Positions 1 through 8,036 of a stretch of DNA of 18,738 nt are shown piece by piece. The notes beneath the pieces were generated by a model that did not search any database, was not told the origin of the DNA, and worked only from the letters and a program-made list of their open reading frames with translations. The first letter of the stretch is position 1; the number at the start of each line of letters is the position of its first letter. The stretch comes from Bdellovibrionota bacterium. GTDB lineage: Bacteria; Bdellovibrionota_C; UBA2361. Position numbers and translations under genes: made by a program. The stretch covers positions 1 through 18,738 of the forward strand of contig JBILDU010000060.1 of assembly GCA_044352465.1 (NCBI GenBank), in the 5' to 3' direction.

Positions 1-1
1 A

Positions 2-1105
2 ACCACTGGAATGGTGACGGCTGGTTCGGGGGTCGCGATTTCGCGGGTCCGTCAGATCCATGATACCGGAGTGATTGAGCCTACCGGTCGTTCGCTTGAT
101 GTCGGTATCGCTGGTAACGGTTTCTTCGTCCTGGGTGACCCGAATGCACCGACTTTTACCCGTGCGGGAAACTTTCGTATTAACGGCAACGGGAACCTCG
201 CGAGCGCCGATGGAGCCGAGGTTTTAGGAACGGTTGGTGAGGGGGGTGCTCTGACACCTCTTAATATGCTGAACGTTGCAACTGCTGGTGCTCCAACAAC
301 CGCGGCGGGACTATTCGGTAATCTTGATAGCGGTGCACCGATTTCCGCGGCGGTCCCAGCAAATCCAGCCACCTTCGCCGAGGTTAATCAGAATGCAACG
401 TTTGTGATGCCAAATCTCACGGTTTTTGACTCGTTGGGTGCTGCCCATACCGTGAGTGTCGCTTTTTATAAAACGGGGGTGAATGCCTTCACCGCTCAGG
501 CATACATCGATGGTGGTGAGGTCGGTGGTGTTGCAGGCGCTCCAGTGAAACTTGGAGGGGACGCCACACTCACTTTTTCCCCGACCGGCAAAATCGAGCC
601 AGCCAATAAAGCGGCAGCTTCGATAGTTGCGGCACCCGCCTACGGGAACGGCTCCGCTCCAGGTAATTTTACGATCGATCTTTCAGGATTTAGTCAGGTT
701 GCGACCACCTCTCAATTATCGAGTGTCACCCAAGACGGTCTCGGTACCGGTGATATCGTCGACTATGAATTTCTCGCTGATGGCACGGTCTCCGCGGTTC
801 TGGGCTCCGGCCGAAACGTCGCGATCGGGCGGATTCAACTCGCCTCTTTCCCCAACGTTGATGGGCTAAATCGAATCGGCAATGGCAAGTTTGAGGCTGG
901 TGAGGACACCGGGACCATGCAACTCGGTATCCCCGGAAGCAGTGGGTACGGAACGATTCAAGGAAAAACTCTCGAGCGATCAACCGTTGATATCAGCGAC
1001 CAATTCGTCAATTTGGTGGTCTATCAAAGGGGCTATCAGGCAAATTCTCAGGCGATGAGTACCGCGAATAATCTCCTCCGAGACACCATCGCGCTTATAA
1101 GGTAG
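2..1105 (+). CDS. flgE: Flagellar hook protein FlgE, paralogue 1 (5'-truncated by the window edge)
   Basis: Frame is open from base 2 (ACC ACT GGA ATG), so the true start is upstream. Hook/rod motifs TGRSLDVGIAGNGFF and FTRAGNF, hook D2 motif VFDSLGAAH, and C-terminal LERSTVDISDQFVNLVVYQRGYQANS. Confidence 0.93.
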   Translation, partial: TTGMVTAGSGVAISRVRQIHDTGVIEPTGRSLDVGIAGNGFFVLGDPNAPTFTRAGNFRINGNGNLASADGAEVLGTVGEGGALTPLNMLNVATAGAPTTAAGLFGNLDSGAPISAAVPANPATFAEVNQNATFVMPNLTVFDSLGAAHTVSVAFYKTGVNAFTAQAYIDGGEVGGVAGAPVKLGGDATLTFSPTGKIEPANKAAASIVAAPAYGNGSAPGNFTIDLSGFSQVATTSQLSSVTQDGLGTGDIVDYEFLADGTVSAVLGSGRNVAIGRIQLASFPNVDGLNRIGNGKFEAGEDTGTMQLGIPGSSGYGTIQGKTLERSTVDISDQFVNLVVYQRGYQANSQAMSTANNLLRDTIALIR

Positions 1106-1360
1106 TCGGGCAACTCCCCCGACGGTGACTCTGCCTTGAGAGTGGGAGAGAGGATTCTCGGCGTGGGAGGCCCCTGGCCGACGAGGAAGATCCAGCATCC
1201 CGTCGGGATGTTTACCCTTCAGCGGCGTTTTCGCACGAGGGTATGCTTGGATGGTAGCTTGCGTGCCGGAGTGGGGCGGAGGCACCCTCTCACACAACGT
1301 TCCAGCGCCCTGCTACGTCGGCTCGTATTCATCAGGTCATTCTTTCACGCGCCTGCTCCG

Positions 1361-2674
1361 TTATGCCCCGATCAGATCGCGGTAAAGGCTCGCCGCTCGG
1401 GCCCGACTCTCGGTGAGGGGCGCTATTTCAGCGGCGCTTTGGTGCATAAATCGTCCGATCGTATCTTCGCAACGTAATGCCGCGGCGAGTTCGAGATCAG
1501 GGGTTCCGCCGAAAGCGATCAGTTCACGATCTTTGAGGAGACGGTAGATACTCCGAGTGATCGTGCGGGCGTGCTGATTCTCCGTCTCAGTGAGTAAGCG
1601 GGGCGCAAGACGAGATATCGAGCGAGTTGGATCGATCGCTGGTTGAAACCCGCGATTGCGGAGTTCGTTCGAGAGAACGATGTGCCCATCGAGAAGACTC
1701 TTTACCTCTTCAATGAGAGCGTCATCTTCGCCGTCTCGTGGTGCCAGCACGGTGTATAAGGCGGTGATCGAGCCGATGGAGTCGTTGCCGGCTCTTTCGA
1801 AGAGCCGAGGTAGCTCGGTGTATATCGAGGGCGTCAGTCCTTGGCGGACGGGGAGCTCTCCGCGAGCGAGCCCGAGATCGCGAACAGCACGGGCGTAACG
1901 AGTGAGTGAGTCTATGAGGAGGAGGACTCGCTTGCCTTGCGAGCGATAGAACTCGGCGATGCGAGTAGCGGTGAGTGGAGCGAATACTCGGCGTAGTGGC
2001 GTCTCGTCGCTTGTTGATACGACCAAGATTGAGCGGCGGCGTCCCGTGGTACCGAGGGAGCCATCGATAAACTCGTTGACCTCTCTGCCGCGCTCACCGA
2101 TAAGCCCAATCACGGCAACATCGACTGCGGCGCGCTCTGCAATCATTCCGAGAAGGGTAGATTTCCCCACCCCGGCTTCGGCGATAAGGGCGAGGCGTTG
2201 CCCGTATCCGATAGGGGTGAGGGTATCGATGGGGCGAATACCGGTTAAGAGCGCTTCAGAGATCGGTCGCCGTGTGAGTGGGTGAGGTGGTGTGGCTGTG
2301 ATCTCAAGAACCTGACCAGCTGCTCGCTGCGGAGCGCACCCCGAATTGGGGGTGAGCTCCTCTCCGATCCCATCAAATAATCGGCCCAAGGTGATGTTCG
2401 CCCCGTTGAGGGTAACCGGCCGGCCAGAGTTAACGATCGGAGCACCGATTGATAGTCCCGATGGGTGGTCGAACGGTGCTAAAGACGCCAGTGTGCCGGT
2501 GAAGCCGATGACAAGGCAGCGAAGGGGCGCCGCGCCCCATACGGTGCAGAGATCTCCGATTGCGGCTTGGGGTAGCTCGGCTTGAAGAATGGTCCCGGTT
2601 GCTCTGACAAGGCGCCCCTCACATATCGCGCGGGAGTTGGTTCTCTCTGCAGGTGTGCACTGGCGAGCGAGCAA
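1361..2674 (-). CDS. fliI: Flagellar/type III export ATPase, FliI/SctN family (divergent)
   Basis: Walker A AEAGVGKST, catalytic IGERGREV, Walker B RVLLLIDSLTRYARA, ERAG..GSITALYTVL, LDGHIVLS, PAID..SISRL. The TTG start lies 3 nt after the fliH stop; the exact start is uncertain. Confidence 0.88.
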   Translation of the reverse strand: MLARQCTPAERTNSRAICEGRLVRATGTILQAELPQAAIGDLCTVWGAAPLRCLVIGFTGTLASLAPFDHPSGLSIGAPIVNSGRPVTLNGANITLGRLFDGIGEELTPNSGCAPQRAAGQVLEITATPPHPLTRRPISEALLTGIRPIDTLTPIGYGQRLALIAEAGVGKSTLLGMIAERAAVDVAVIGLIGERGREVNEFIDGSLGTTGRRRSILVVSTSDETPLRRVFAPLTATRIAEFYRSQGKRVLLLIDSLTRYARAVRDLGLARGELPVRQGLTPSIYTELPRLFERAGNDSIGSITALYTVLAPRDGEDDALIEEVKSLLDGHIVLSNELRNRGFQPAIDPTRSISRLAPRLLTETENQHARTITRSIYRLLKDRELIAFGGTPDLELAAALRCEDTIGRFMHQSAAEIAPLTESRARAASLYRDLIGA

Positions 2675-2677
2675 GGG

Positions 2678-3295
2678 TTACTCCGAGACTGGTTTGAAGA
2701 GAGTTGATATATCTTTAAGCAGCCGCTCGTGGACGCGTGAAAGCTGGTCGCGCCATGTGAGGTGAATCTTCCCGCCAACGGTTTCAATGGTCGCGTCGCC
2801 GCAGGCTATGAAGGGATCCGGGAGAATCGTGATGGGGGTGCCGTGGGGCTCTCTTGTCAATGAGCGCCGTAGGCCGTCAACCTCAGATGGCGCGACATAT
2901 ATTCGTGGTGCGTGTTGCTGAAGGAGCTCGTGGAGAGCACGTTTCACCCTTTGGTTTAGGAGGAGAGAGTTCGGGATAAGGTCAGCTTCGATTATCTCGG
3001 CAGCGATCGCGACGGCGAGCTCGACGCATTCCTCCTGTGCGGTGGTAACAACCTCTGCGAACGTTTTGTGGGTAGCGAGGATAGCGGCTATTTCCCGTTC
3101 TCCGAGTTGCCTACCGCTCTCGAATCCCCGTCTCCTGGCACGGGTGCGAAGCTTACGCATTCGGTGCGCTAGTCGGCGGCGAGTGACGTGAAGCGCGGTA
3201 AGCTCTTGTGCAAGTTTGGCTTCAGCTTCGGCTACGGCGAGTCGGCACGATAAACTCGCTTCTTTGACGAGTCCGATGTAGCGAGTCTGTATCAT
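2678..3295 (-). CDS. fliH: FliH/SctL family export-apparatus stator protein (about 205 aa)
   Basis: AxxxGxxxGxxxG (ARRRGFESGRQLG), ELAVAIAAEII, and C-terminal ILPDPFIACGDATIETVGGKI typical of FliH/SctL. Lies directly upstream of the ATPase. Start moved to the ATG at 3295 because it is preceded by GGAGATAAGG. Confidence 0.8.
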   Translation of the reverse strand: MIQTRYIGLVKEASLSCRLAVAEAEAKLAQELTALHVTRRRLAHRMRKLRTRARRRGFESGRQLGEREIAAILATHKTFAEVVTTAQEECVELAVAIAAEIIEADLIPNSLLLNQRVKRALHELLQQHAPRIYVAPSEVDGLRRSLTREPHGTPITILPDPFIACGDATIETVGGKIHLTWRDQLSRVHERLLKDISTLFKPVSE

Positions 3296-3506
3296 CCTTA
3301 TCTCCGGAGATGAAATACGCCTGCATTCAAAGACTAACCTGATGGTGGAGAGCTCGTACCCCGTCCGACAAGTTCGTTCGCCTCGTGCAACGTTCGGGTT
3401 CACTGAGGGTTATCGGGCGCCGTGGATAGAAGTTGCCGATGCTCTGCCGAAATTTTTTGGGCGCTTGAATGCGGAGCTGACCCATCTCGCCCGATTTTTG
3501 TTTGGG

Positions 3507-5180
3507 TTAGCCTCTCGGCTGCCGGAGGCGACGTGCTAGTTTTTGTAGGAGGAGGAGCCCCTCTTCGAACTCCTGCATCCGCAGGAGCGCTGCCGCCAAA
3601 AGGTAGGTTGCCCCGCCTATGAGCGTCCCGAGCCCTATCGCGGCAGGGCTAGGGAGTTGCGCGATTCCTGCGGCGATTAAAGCAACCCCCATAGCCCCAG
3701 AGGCGAGGAACGTCTTGGCGGTGGTTACGACAAACGGCGACCATTCAATCGAAACGTTGCGGCGACGGAGAATGAACAGGAGTATCGCGAAGCCGCCGGT
3801 CGCTGCGACGCTCGAGGCAAGTCCAAGGCCAGCGTGCCCCAGGGCGAGAGTGAAGCCCCCTCGATGTAGTACGTCCTGGATTTGGAGGATAATACTGGTC
3901 ATCCCGGCTGAGTGCGCCACGACGGGTGGTCCCATGAAGTTAATCGCGAGGAGTATCCCAAAAAGAACCGTACCGATACTTACGAGTGTTGGGGTACGGG
4001 TGTCTTTCTGTGCGATGAAACCGCGCATGATCATCGAGTGGCAACTCACCCCCCATAGTCCGAGCGCGAGTGTTTGAACCGCTTGCGCGGTGCGTACCGT
4101 GGACTCCGCCGAGAAAGCGCCCCGTTCGAACATTAAACGGATTAAGGGTTCGGCTAAGATAAAGGTACCAAGGGAAAGGGGAATGATCACAAAGCTGGTA
4201 TAGCGGAGCGAGTCAACGAGGCTTCGTCCAAAAGATTCGCGGTCCCCGGACGCCTGAGCTGCCGCTAGGGTGGGCAGGATCACCGACGCGAGTGATACCG
4301 TGAAAACCCCGATGGGAAGCTGTGTGAGCCGATCGGCGTAGAAAAGCCACGAGACGCTTCCCTCAGGTAACAACGAGGCTAGAAGGGTATTGAAGAAGAT
4401 CGATATCTGATAGACCGCTGCGCCGAGCGTCGCCGGTAGTAATAACCAGAGTACTCTCCGGGTAACTGGAGTGATGAGGGTGCGCGTCGGGGCGAGGCGA
4501 AACCCAGCCCGGTGCAACGCCGGGATTTGGGTCACTACTTGGATGACTCCTCCGACGAGGACGGAAGCGGCGAGGATAATCGCGGCAGAAGTGTCGATAA
4601 AAAAGTTGGCGAGAACCGCTCCGAGAATGAGGATGAGATTCATCCATACCTGGGCCCACGCGGCGGCACCAAATATCTTGGCGCTATTGAGCGCGCCGTT
4701 GATGAGGCTGACGAGGCTGACCCAGATAATAAATGGAAACATGATCTGGGTCAGGAGGACACACAGGCGTAGTTTTTCCGGTGTGCTGGTGAAACCTGGG
4801 GCGAAGAGCAGTACGACCGGTTCAGCTAAAACGATCCCGAGGAGTGCGAGAAGCGCTGTTATAACGAGAAGGAGGGTGCCTACCGCGCTCAGCGCTCTCT
4901 GAGCTTGGGGCATTCCTGCGCGTAGCTCGTCAGCAAACACGGGAACAAACGCAGATGTGAGAGCACCCTCGGCGACGAAGCTGCGGAGGAGGTTGGGTAT
5001 TCGGAAGGCGACAAAAAAGGCATCGGCGATAAATCCGGCACCGAAGAGGCGTGCCACCAGAACATCACGGATAAATCCAAGGAGGCGACTGAGGAGGGTG
5101 AGCGCACTCACGATACCGGTGCCGCGTACGATTGAGCGGGAATGCGGGTTGCCGGTGTTCGGTTCGGAGGGTTTATTCAT
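3507..5180 (-). CDS. murJ: Lipid II flippase MurJ (MviN)
   Basis: SRLLGFIRD, ADAFFVAFRIPNLLRSFVAEGALTSAFVPVF, YADRLTQLPIGVF, LMFERGAF, DTRTP, LGHAGLGLA and many hydrophobic segments. Confidence 0.97.
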   Translation of the reverse strand: MNKPSEPNTGNPHSRSIVRGTGIVSALTLLSRLLGFIRDVLVARLFGAGFIADAFFVAFRIPNLLRSFVAEGALTSAFVPVFADELRAGMPQAQRALSAVGTLLLVITALLALLGIVLAEPVVLLFAPGFTSTPEKLRLCVLLTQIMFPFIIWVSLVSLINGALNSAKIFGAAAWAQVWMNLILILGAVLANFFIDTSAAIILAASVLVGGVIQVVTQIPALHRAGFRLAPTRTLITPVTRRVLWLLLPATLGAAVYQISIFFNTLLASLLPEGSVSWLFYADRLTQLPIGVFTVSLASVILPTLAAAQASGDRESFGRSLVDSLRYTSFVIIPLSLGTFILAEPLIRLMFERGAFSAESTVRTAQAVQTLALGLWGVSCHSMIMRGFIAQKDTRTPTLVSIGTVLFGILLAINFMGPPVVAHSAGMTSIILQIQDVLHRGGFTLALGHAGLGLASSVAATGGFAILLFILRRRNVSIEWSPFVVTTAKTFLASGAMGVALIAAGIAQLPSPAAIGLGTLIGGATYLLAAALLRMQEFEEGLLLLQKLARRLRQPRG

Positions 5181-5581
5181 TTGGCCACCGTTTCGAGCGA
5201 CTGGACACTATCAGGGTTGCTCGTACCGTTGCTAGTGCCGCGAGGCTGCTATGGTGAAAAAACTTTTTCAGAGCGGCACTCGGAGCGTCTTCCCGGGTCC
5301 TCTTGGGTTTCGGCTCCAGTCCGATAGTATGAGAGAACGTGGCGGTCGGTACCGGAGAACTCGTTTAAAAAATGCCGATACCTCTATTTCCAGTCACGCC
5401 AATCTTTCGAAAGGTTCCCAGCGCTTCCGTTAAGCCCTGCCCCAAACCTCGCCGTAGGGAGACCACGAGAGGCTCCTCCTGGAGAGGGAGTCGCGGGCTT
5501 TGGGAGGAGTGTTCCGTCAGTGGATGCACACTCTTCCTACGAGGCATTTCTTACCCGTCTCGTCCAACGCAAGCAATTTTA

Positions 5582-5594
5582 TAACCTGTTGATA
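5582..5594 (+). promoter_or_regulatory. IHF binding site upstream of the sigma54 promoter
   Basis: TAACCTGTTGATA is an exact match to YAANNNNTTGATW (reverse complement of WATCAANNNNTTR). It sits in an AT-rich patch about 30-40 bp upstream of the -24 element. Confidence 0.6.
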
Positions 5595-5622
5595 TGATTG
5601 ATTCTTATGGGTGATTGGCTGA

Positions 5623-5638
5623 TGGATCAGGACTTGCT
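5623..5638 (+). promoter_or_regulatory. Sigma54 (RpoN) -24/-12 promoter of fliK-flgD-flgE
   Basis: TGGATCAGGACTTGCT has GG-N10-GC spacing with TGG at -24 and TTGCT at -12, about 48 bp before the fliK ATG, next to an IHF consensus. Confidence 0.7.
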
Positions 5639-5685
5639 TTTAACTGTTGAGCCGTGAGCCGGTAGGCGCAAGGAAAAGAACCGCG

Positions 5686-7227
5686 ATGACCAAGATAGAC
5701 TCCTATAAATTAAAAAAAGCTGAATCTATTCAGTCGGTTCAGCCGATCTCAGAGGCTGCCGCGGTCGGTTCAGCGGAGGGCAGCTTACTCGAGGAGTTCT
5801 CGCAGATCCTGGATAAAATTGCCCAGCACCTCGCCAGCGGGGACAAAGATACCGAAACGATGGATCTTTTGGCGGTTGAACAGGCTGCGGAGAGGATTCA
5901 AGCAGGTCTCTCGCAACAGCAGTCCTCAAGGGTCGAGTCGTTAGACGTTGAGAAGGGGGCGGAGCCTCTTACTACGGAAGACGAAAAAGACGGGGGCTCG
6001 GGTGAGCGATTCGCGCTTTCAACGGAGGATCTCGGTGAAGAAAACAACTCACAAGATGCTCTCGAAGAGCAAACGGTGGGCGACCCGGAACTAAGTGATT
6101 TAACCACCGGCGGAGCCAAGAAGTCGGATGATTCCTCCAAGGCTCAGCAGTCAGATCGGGCTGGTCTTAAGAGCTCTGGTGAGCAGATCGATGCCGCAGC
6201 GGTGAGCGAGAACGTTGCGGTTGAGGGGGAGTCGCAGGCATTAAGCTCAGACAACACCGCCCTTCCTGAGCCTACGGAGTCCTCCCCCTTCACGCCATCA
6301 GTGAAGGTCCCGCAGAGCGACACTATAACGACGCCGTCGAGTGAAGCTGCCAAGAAAGCTGCCGATTCGAAAGTCGTCATCGGCAGTGGCGAGACCATTG
6401 CTTCCCCTGCTTCGGCGAGCCCAGTGGTGCCAGGTGCTGAGGCTCAGGTGAATTTATCGGCATCGCCGTTGAGTGCAGAGGTCATCCGCGAGGTGTCAGC
6501 GCGAAATGACCTGTCGATGAAGCCCACAGTACAGGATAAAGCGATCCCTTTTAGCGCCTTTATGCTTCAAGGTGCCGGAGCTATGGGCGGAGGGCTTGCC
6601 CGCGATGTCGTGGCGCAGTCGATTTTGCGTCCTTCACTTGAGCTCGCTTCTGGACGTCAGGTGGGCGAAGTTTCCAGCGCTAATCGGGGTGGCTCATCCA
6701 GCGGCTCATTCCAAGGAGATGCTGCCCTTCTCAAAAACTCATCGGGCGGGGTCAAGAGCGATCTTCCCGCCCGCGAGATGAAGACTCTCAGTCGTGTGAT
6801 GGCGCTGCGTACCCTTGAAAAGGTAGAGCGGGCTATGGAGGAGGTGGCGCGCTCAAAGGACGGGAAGACGATCACGTTGCACCTTGAGCCGGTTACCCTT
6901 GGCAAGGTGAAAGTTGATGTTTCCCTGCGGGAGGGCAACCTCCATGCGCGGCTCTCTGCCGAGGCAGTGGAGGTTCAGCATCTTCTTCGTGAACACGCGC
7001 ACGAGCTCCAGTCGATTCTTCGTAAAATGGGGCTCAACGTCGATTCAGTTGCAGTTTCAGTCTCCGCAGAGGGGGGGATGTTTGAGAGCAACGCGGAGCT
7101 TTTTGACCAACAGCAGTTCTCCCGCGGCTCGGGGGAATCGCGTGACAACGAGGTCGTAATACCCGTCGATGCTTCGACTGAGTCGACGGTGCAAAAAGCG
7201 GTCGCTGAGGATCATTGGGTAGCATAA
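5686..7227 (+). CDS. fliK: Flagellar hook-length control protein FliK (about 513 aa)
   Basis: Long low-complexity acidic S/A/E/P-rich N-terminal region. C-terminal FliK domain ITLHLEPVTLGKVKVDVSLREGNLHARLSAE...LQSILRKMGL. Immediately upstream of flgD. ATG 5686 chosen (AAGGAAA upstream). Confidence 0.9.
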   Translation: MTKIDSYKLKKAESIQSVQPISEAAAVGSAEGSLLEEFSQILDKIAQHLASGDKDTETMDLLAVEQAAERIQAGLSQQQSSRVESLDVEKGAEPLTTEDEKDGGSGERFALSTEDLGEENNSQDALEEQTVGDPELSDLTTGGAKKSDDSSKAQQSDRAGLKSSGEQIDAAAVSENVAVEGESQALSSDNTALPEPTESSPFTPSVKVPQSDTITTPSSEAAKKAADSKVVIGSGETIASPASASPVVPGAEAQVNLSASPLSAEVIREVSARNDLSMKPTVQDKAIPFSAFMLQGAGAMGGGLARDVVAQSILRPSLELASGRQVGEVSSANRGGSSSGSFQGDAALLKNSSGGVKSDLPAREMKTLSRVMALRTLEKVERAMEEVARSKDGKTITLHLEPVTLGKVKVDVSLREGNLHARLSAEAVEVQHLLREHAHELQSILRKMGLNVDSVAVSVSAEGGMFESNAELFDQQQFSRGSGESRDNEVVIPVDASTESTVQKAVAEDHWVA

Positions 7228-7237
7228 CGGGAATTCT

Positions 7238-7909
7238 ATGACGAACGGAACGACTCTAACCCCACAGTTGAGCGGTCTCGATACTGCGCTCACCCAGAGC
7301 AGTGCGAACACGACTGCAAAGAAAAAAAAGAACGATGAGATCGGAAAGAATGAGTTTCTCAATCTGCTGGTCACCCAACTCAAGAACCAAGATCCGCTCG
7401 ACCCGATGAAGAGTGAGGAGTTCGCAGTGAATCTCGCCCAGTTCAGTCAACTCGAGCAGCTCGTCTCAATCAATGACAAGATCGGCGCTTCCGCGGGAAC
7501 GGATGTCGCTTCGATGGCCGGCTACTTGGGGCAAGAGGTCTATGTGAAGTCCGATAAGATCGAGGTTGAGAGCGGTAAGGGGGGTCTCTTGAAGTTCAAT
7601 CTACGCGGAGATGCCGATGTTGAGATCGAGCTATTGAAAGGCAATGGAACGGTCGCACAGCGGGTCCAGGTGGGTTCACTCTCCGGTGGGCAGCAGGCGG
7701 TGAACCTCGCGGATTTGACCGTCTCTAACGGCGAGTATGGATACCGGATCGTTGCGCAGGGGGCGAGCGGCCCGGCCTATAACCCAGCCGCCCAGGTCGG
7801 TGGTGTTGTTACCGGATTCGTGCCTGGCCCGACACCCCGACTCATGCTCGGTAATCGTGAAGTAGCGCCGGCTGATATCGTTGAGGTGCGTGTGCCGAAG
7901 GCTGCATAG
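7238..7909 (+). CDS. flgD: Flagellar hook capping protein FlgD
   Basis: IGKNEFLNLLVTQLKNQDPLDPM...NLAQFSQLEQL is the FlgD signature. It lies between fliK and flgE. Confidence 0.96.
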   Translation: MTNGTTLTPQLSGLDTALTQSSANTTAKKKKNDEIGKNEFLNLLVTQLKNQDPLDPMKSEEFAVNLAQFSQLEQLVSINDKIGASAGTDVASMAGYLGQEVYVKSDKIEVESGKGGLLKFNLRGDADVEIELLKGNGTVAQRVQVGSLSGGQQAVNLADLTVSNGEYGYRIVAQGASGPAYNPAAQVGGVVTGFVPGPTPRLMLGNREVAPADIVEVRVPKAA

Positions 7910-7927
7910 CTGTTCCGCCAGTAGTGC

Positions 7928-8028
7928 CCCGATTCACGGAGGAATCGGGTGATAGGTGAGGTAAATCGCGGGGGTAGGGATGCCCCACGACGGTTTGGGA
8001 CGAAGTAGGTTACAATAAAGAACAGGAG
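7928..8028 (+). promoter_or_regulatory. Putative CsrA/RsmA binding sites in the flgE-2 leader
   Basis: Hairpin CCCGATTC-ACGGAG-GAATCGGG (7928-7949), hairpin GGGGT-AGGGAT-GCCCC (7971-7986), and ACAGGAG (8022-8028) overlapping the Shine-Dalgarno. Confidence 0.5.
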
Positions 8029-8036
8029 AGACGACA

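Noticed and set aside
3296..3403. N-terminal extension of the fliH ORF to 3403
   Set aside because: The ATG at 3295 has a GGAG RBS and the extension has no FliH-like character.
5355..5381. GCCGATAC as a sigma28 -10 box (also at 10793-10800; CCCGATAA upstream of fliH)
   Set aside because: No TAAA-like -35 box at 15-bp spacing.
5392..5420. Minus-strand GGGAACCTTTCGAAAGATTGGCG resembling the P2 GAAA hairpin of a c-di-GMP-I riboswitch
   Set aside because: The stem has U-U mismatches, and the GGCAAA and GACGCAAAG core motifs and the P3 receptor are absent.
5441..5460. AACCT...CGTAGGGA resembling the 3' end of a TPP riboswitch
   Set aside because: No CTGAGA element and no GAT..TAAT P5 loop.
5251..5584. 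Short ORFs in the murJ/fliK spacer, where rpsT often lies
   Set aside because: None resembles S20 or any known protein, and none has a convincing RBS.
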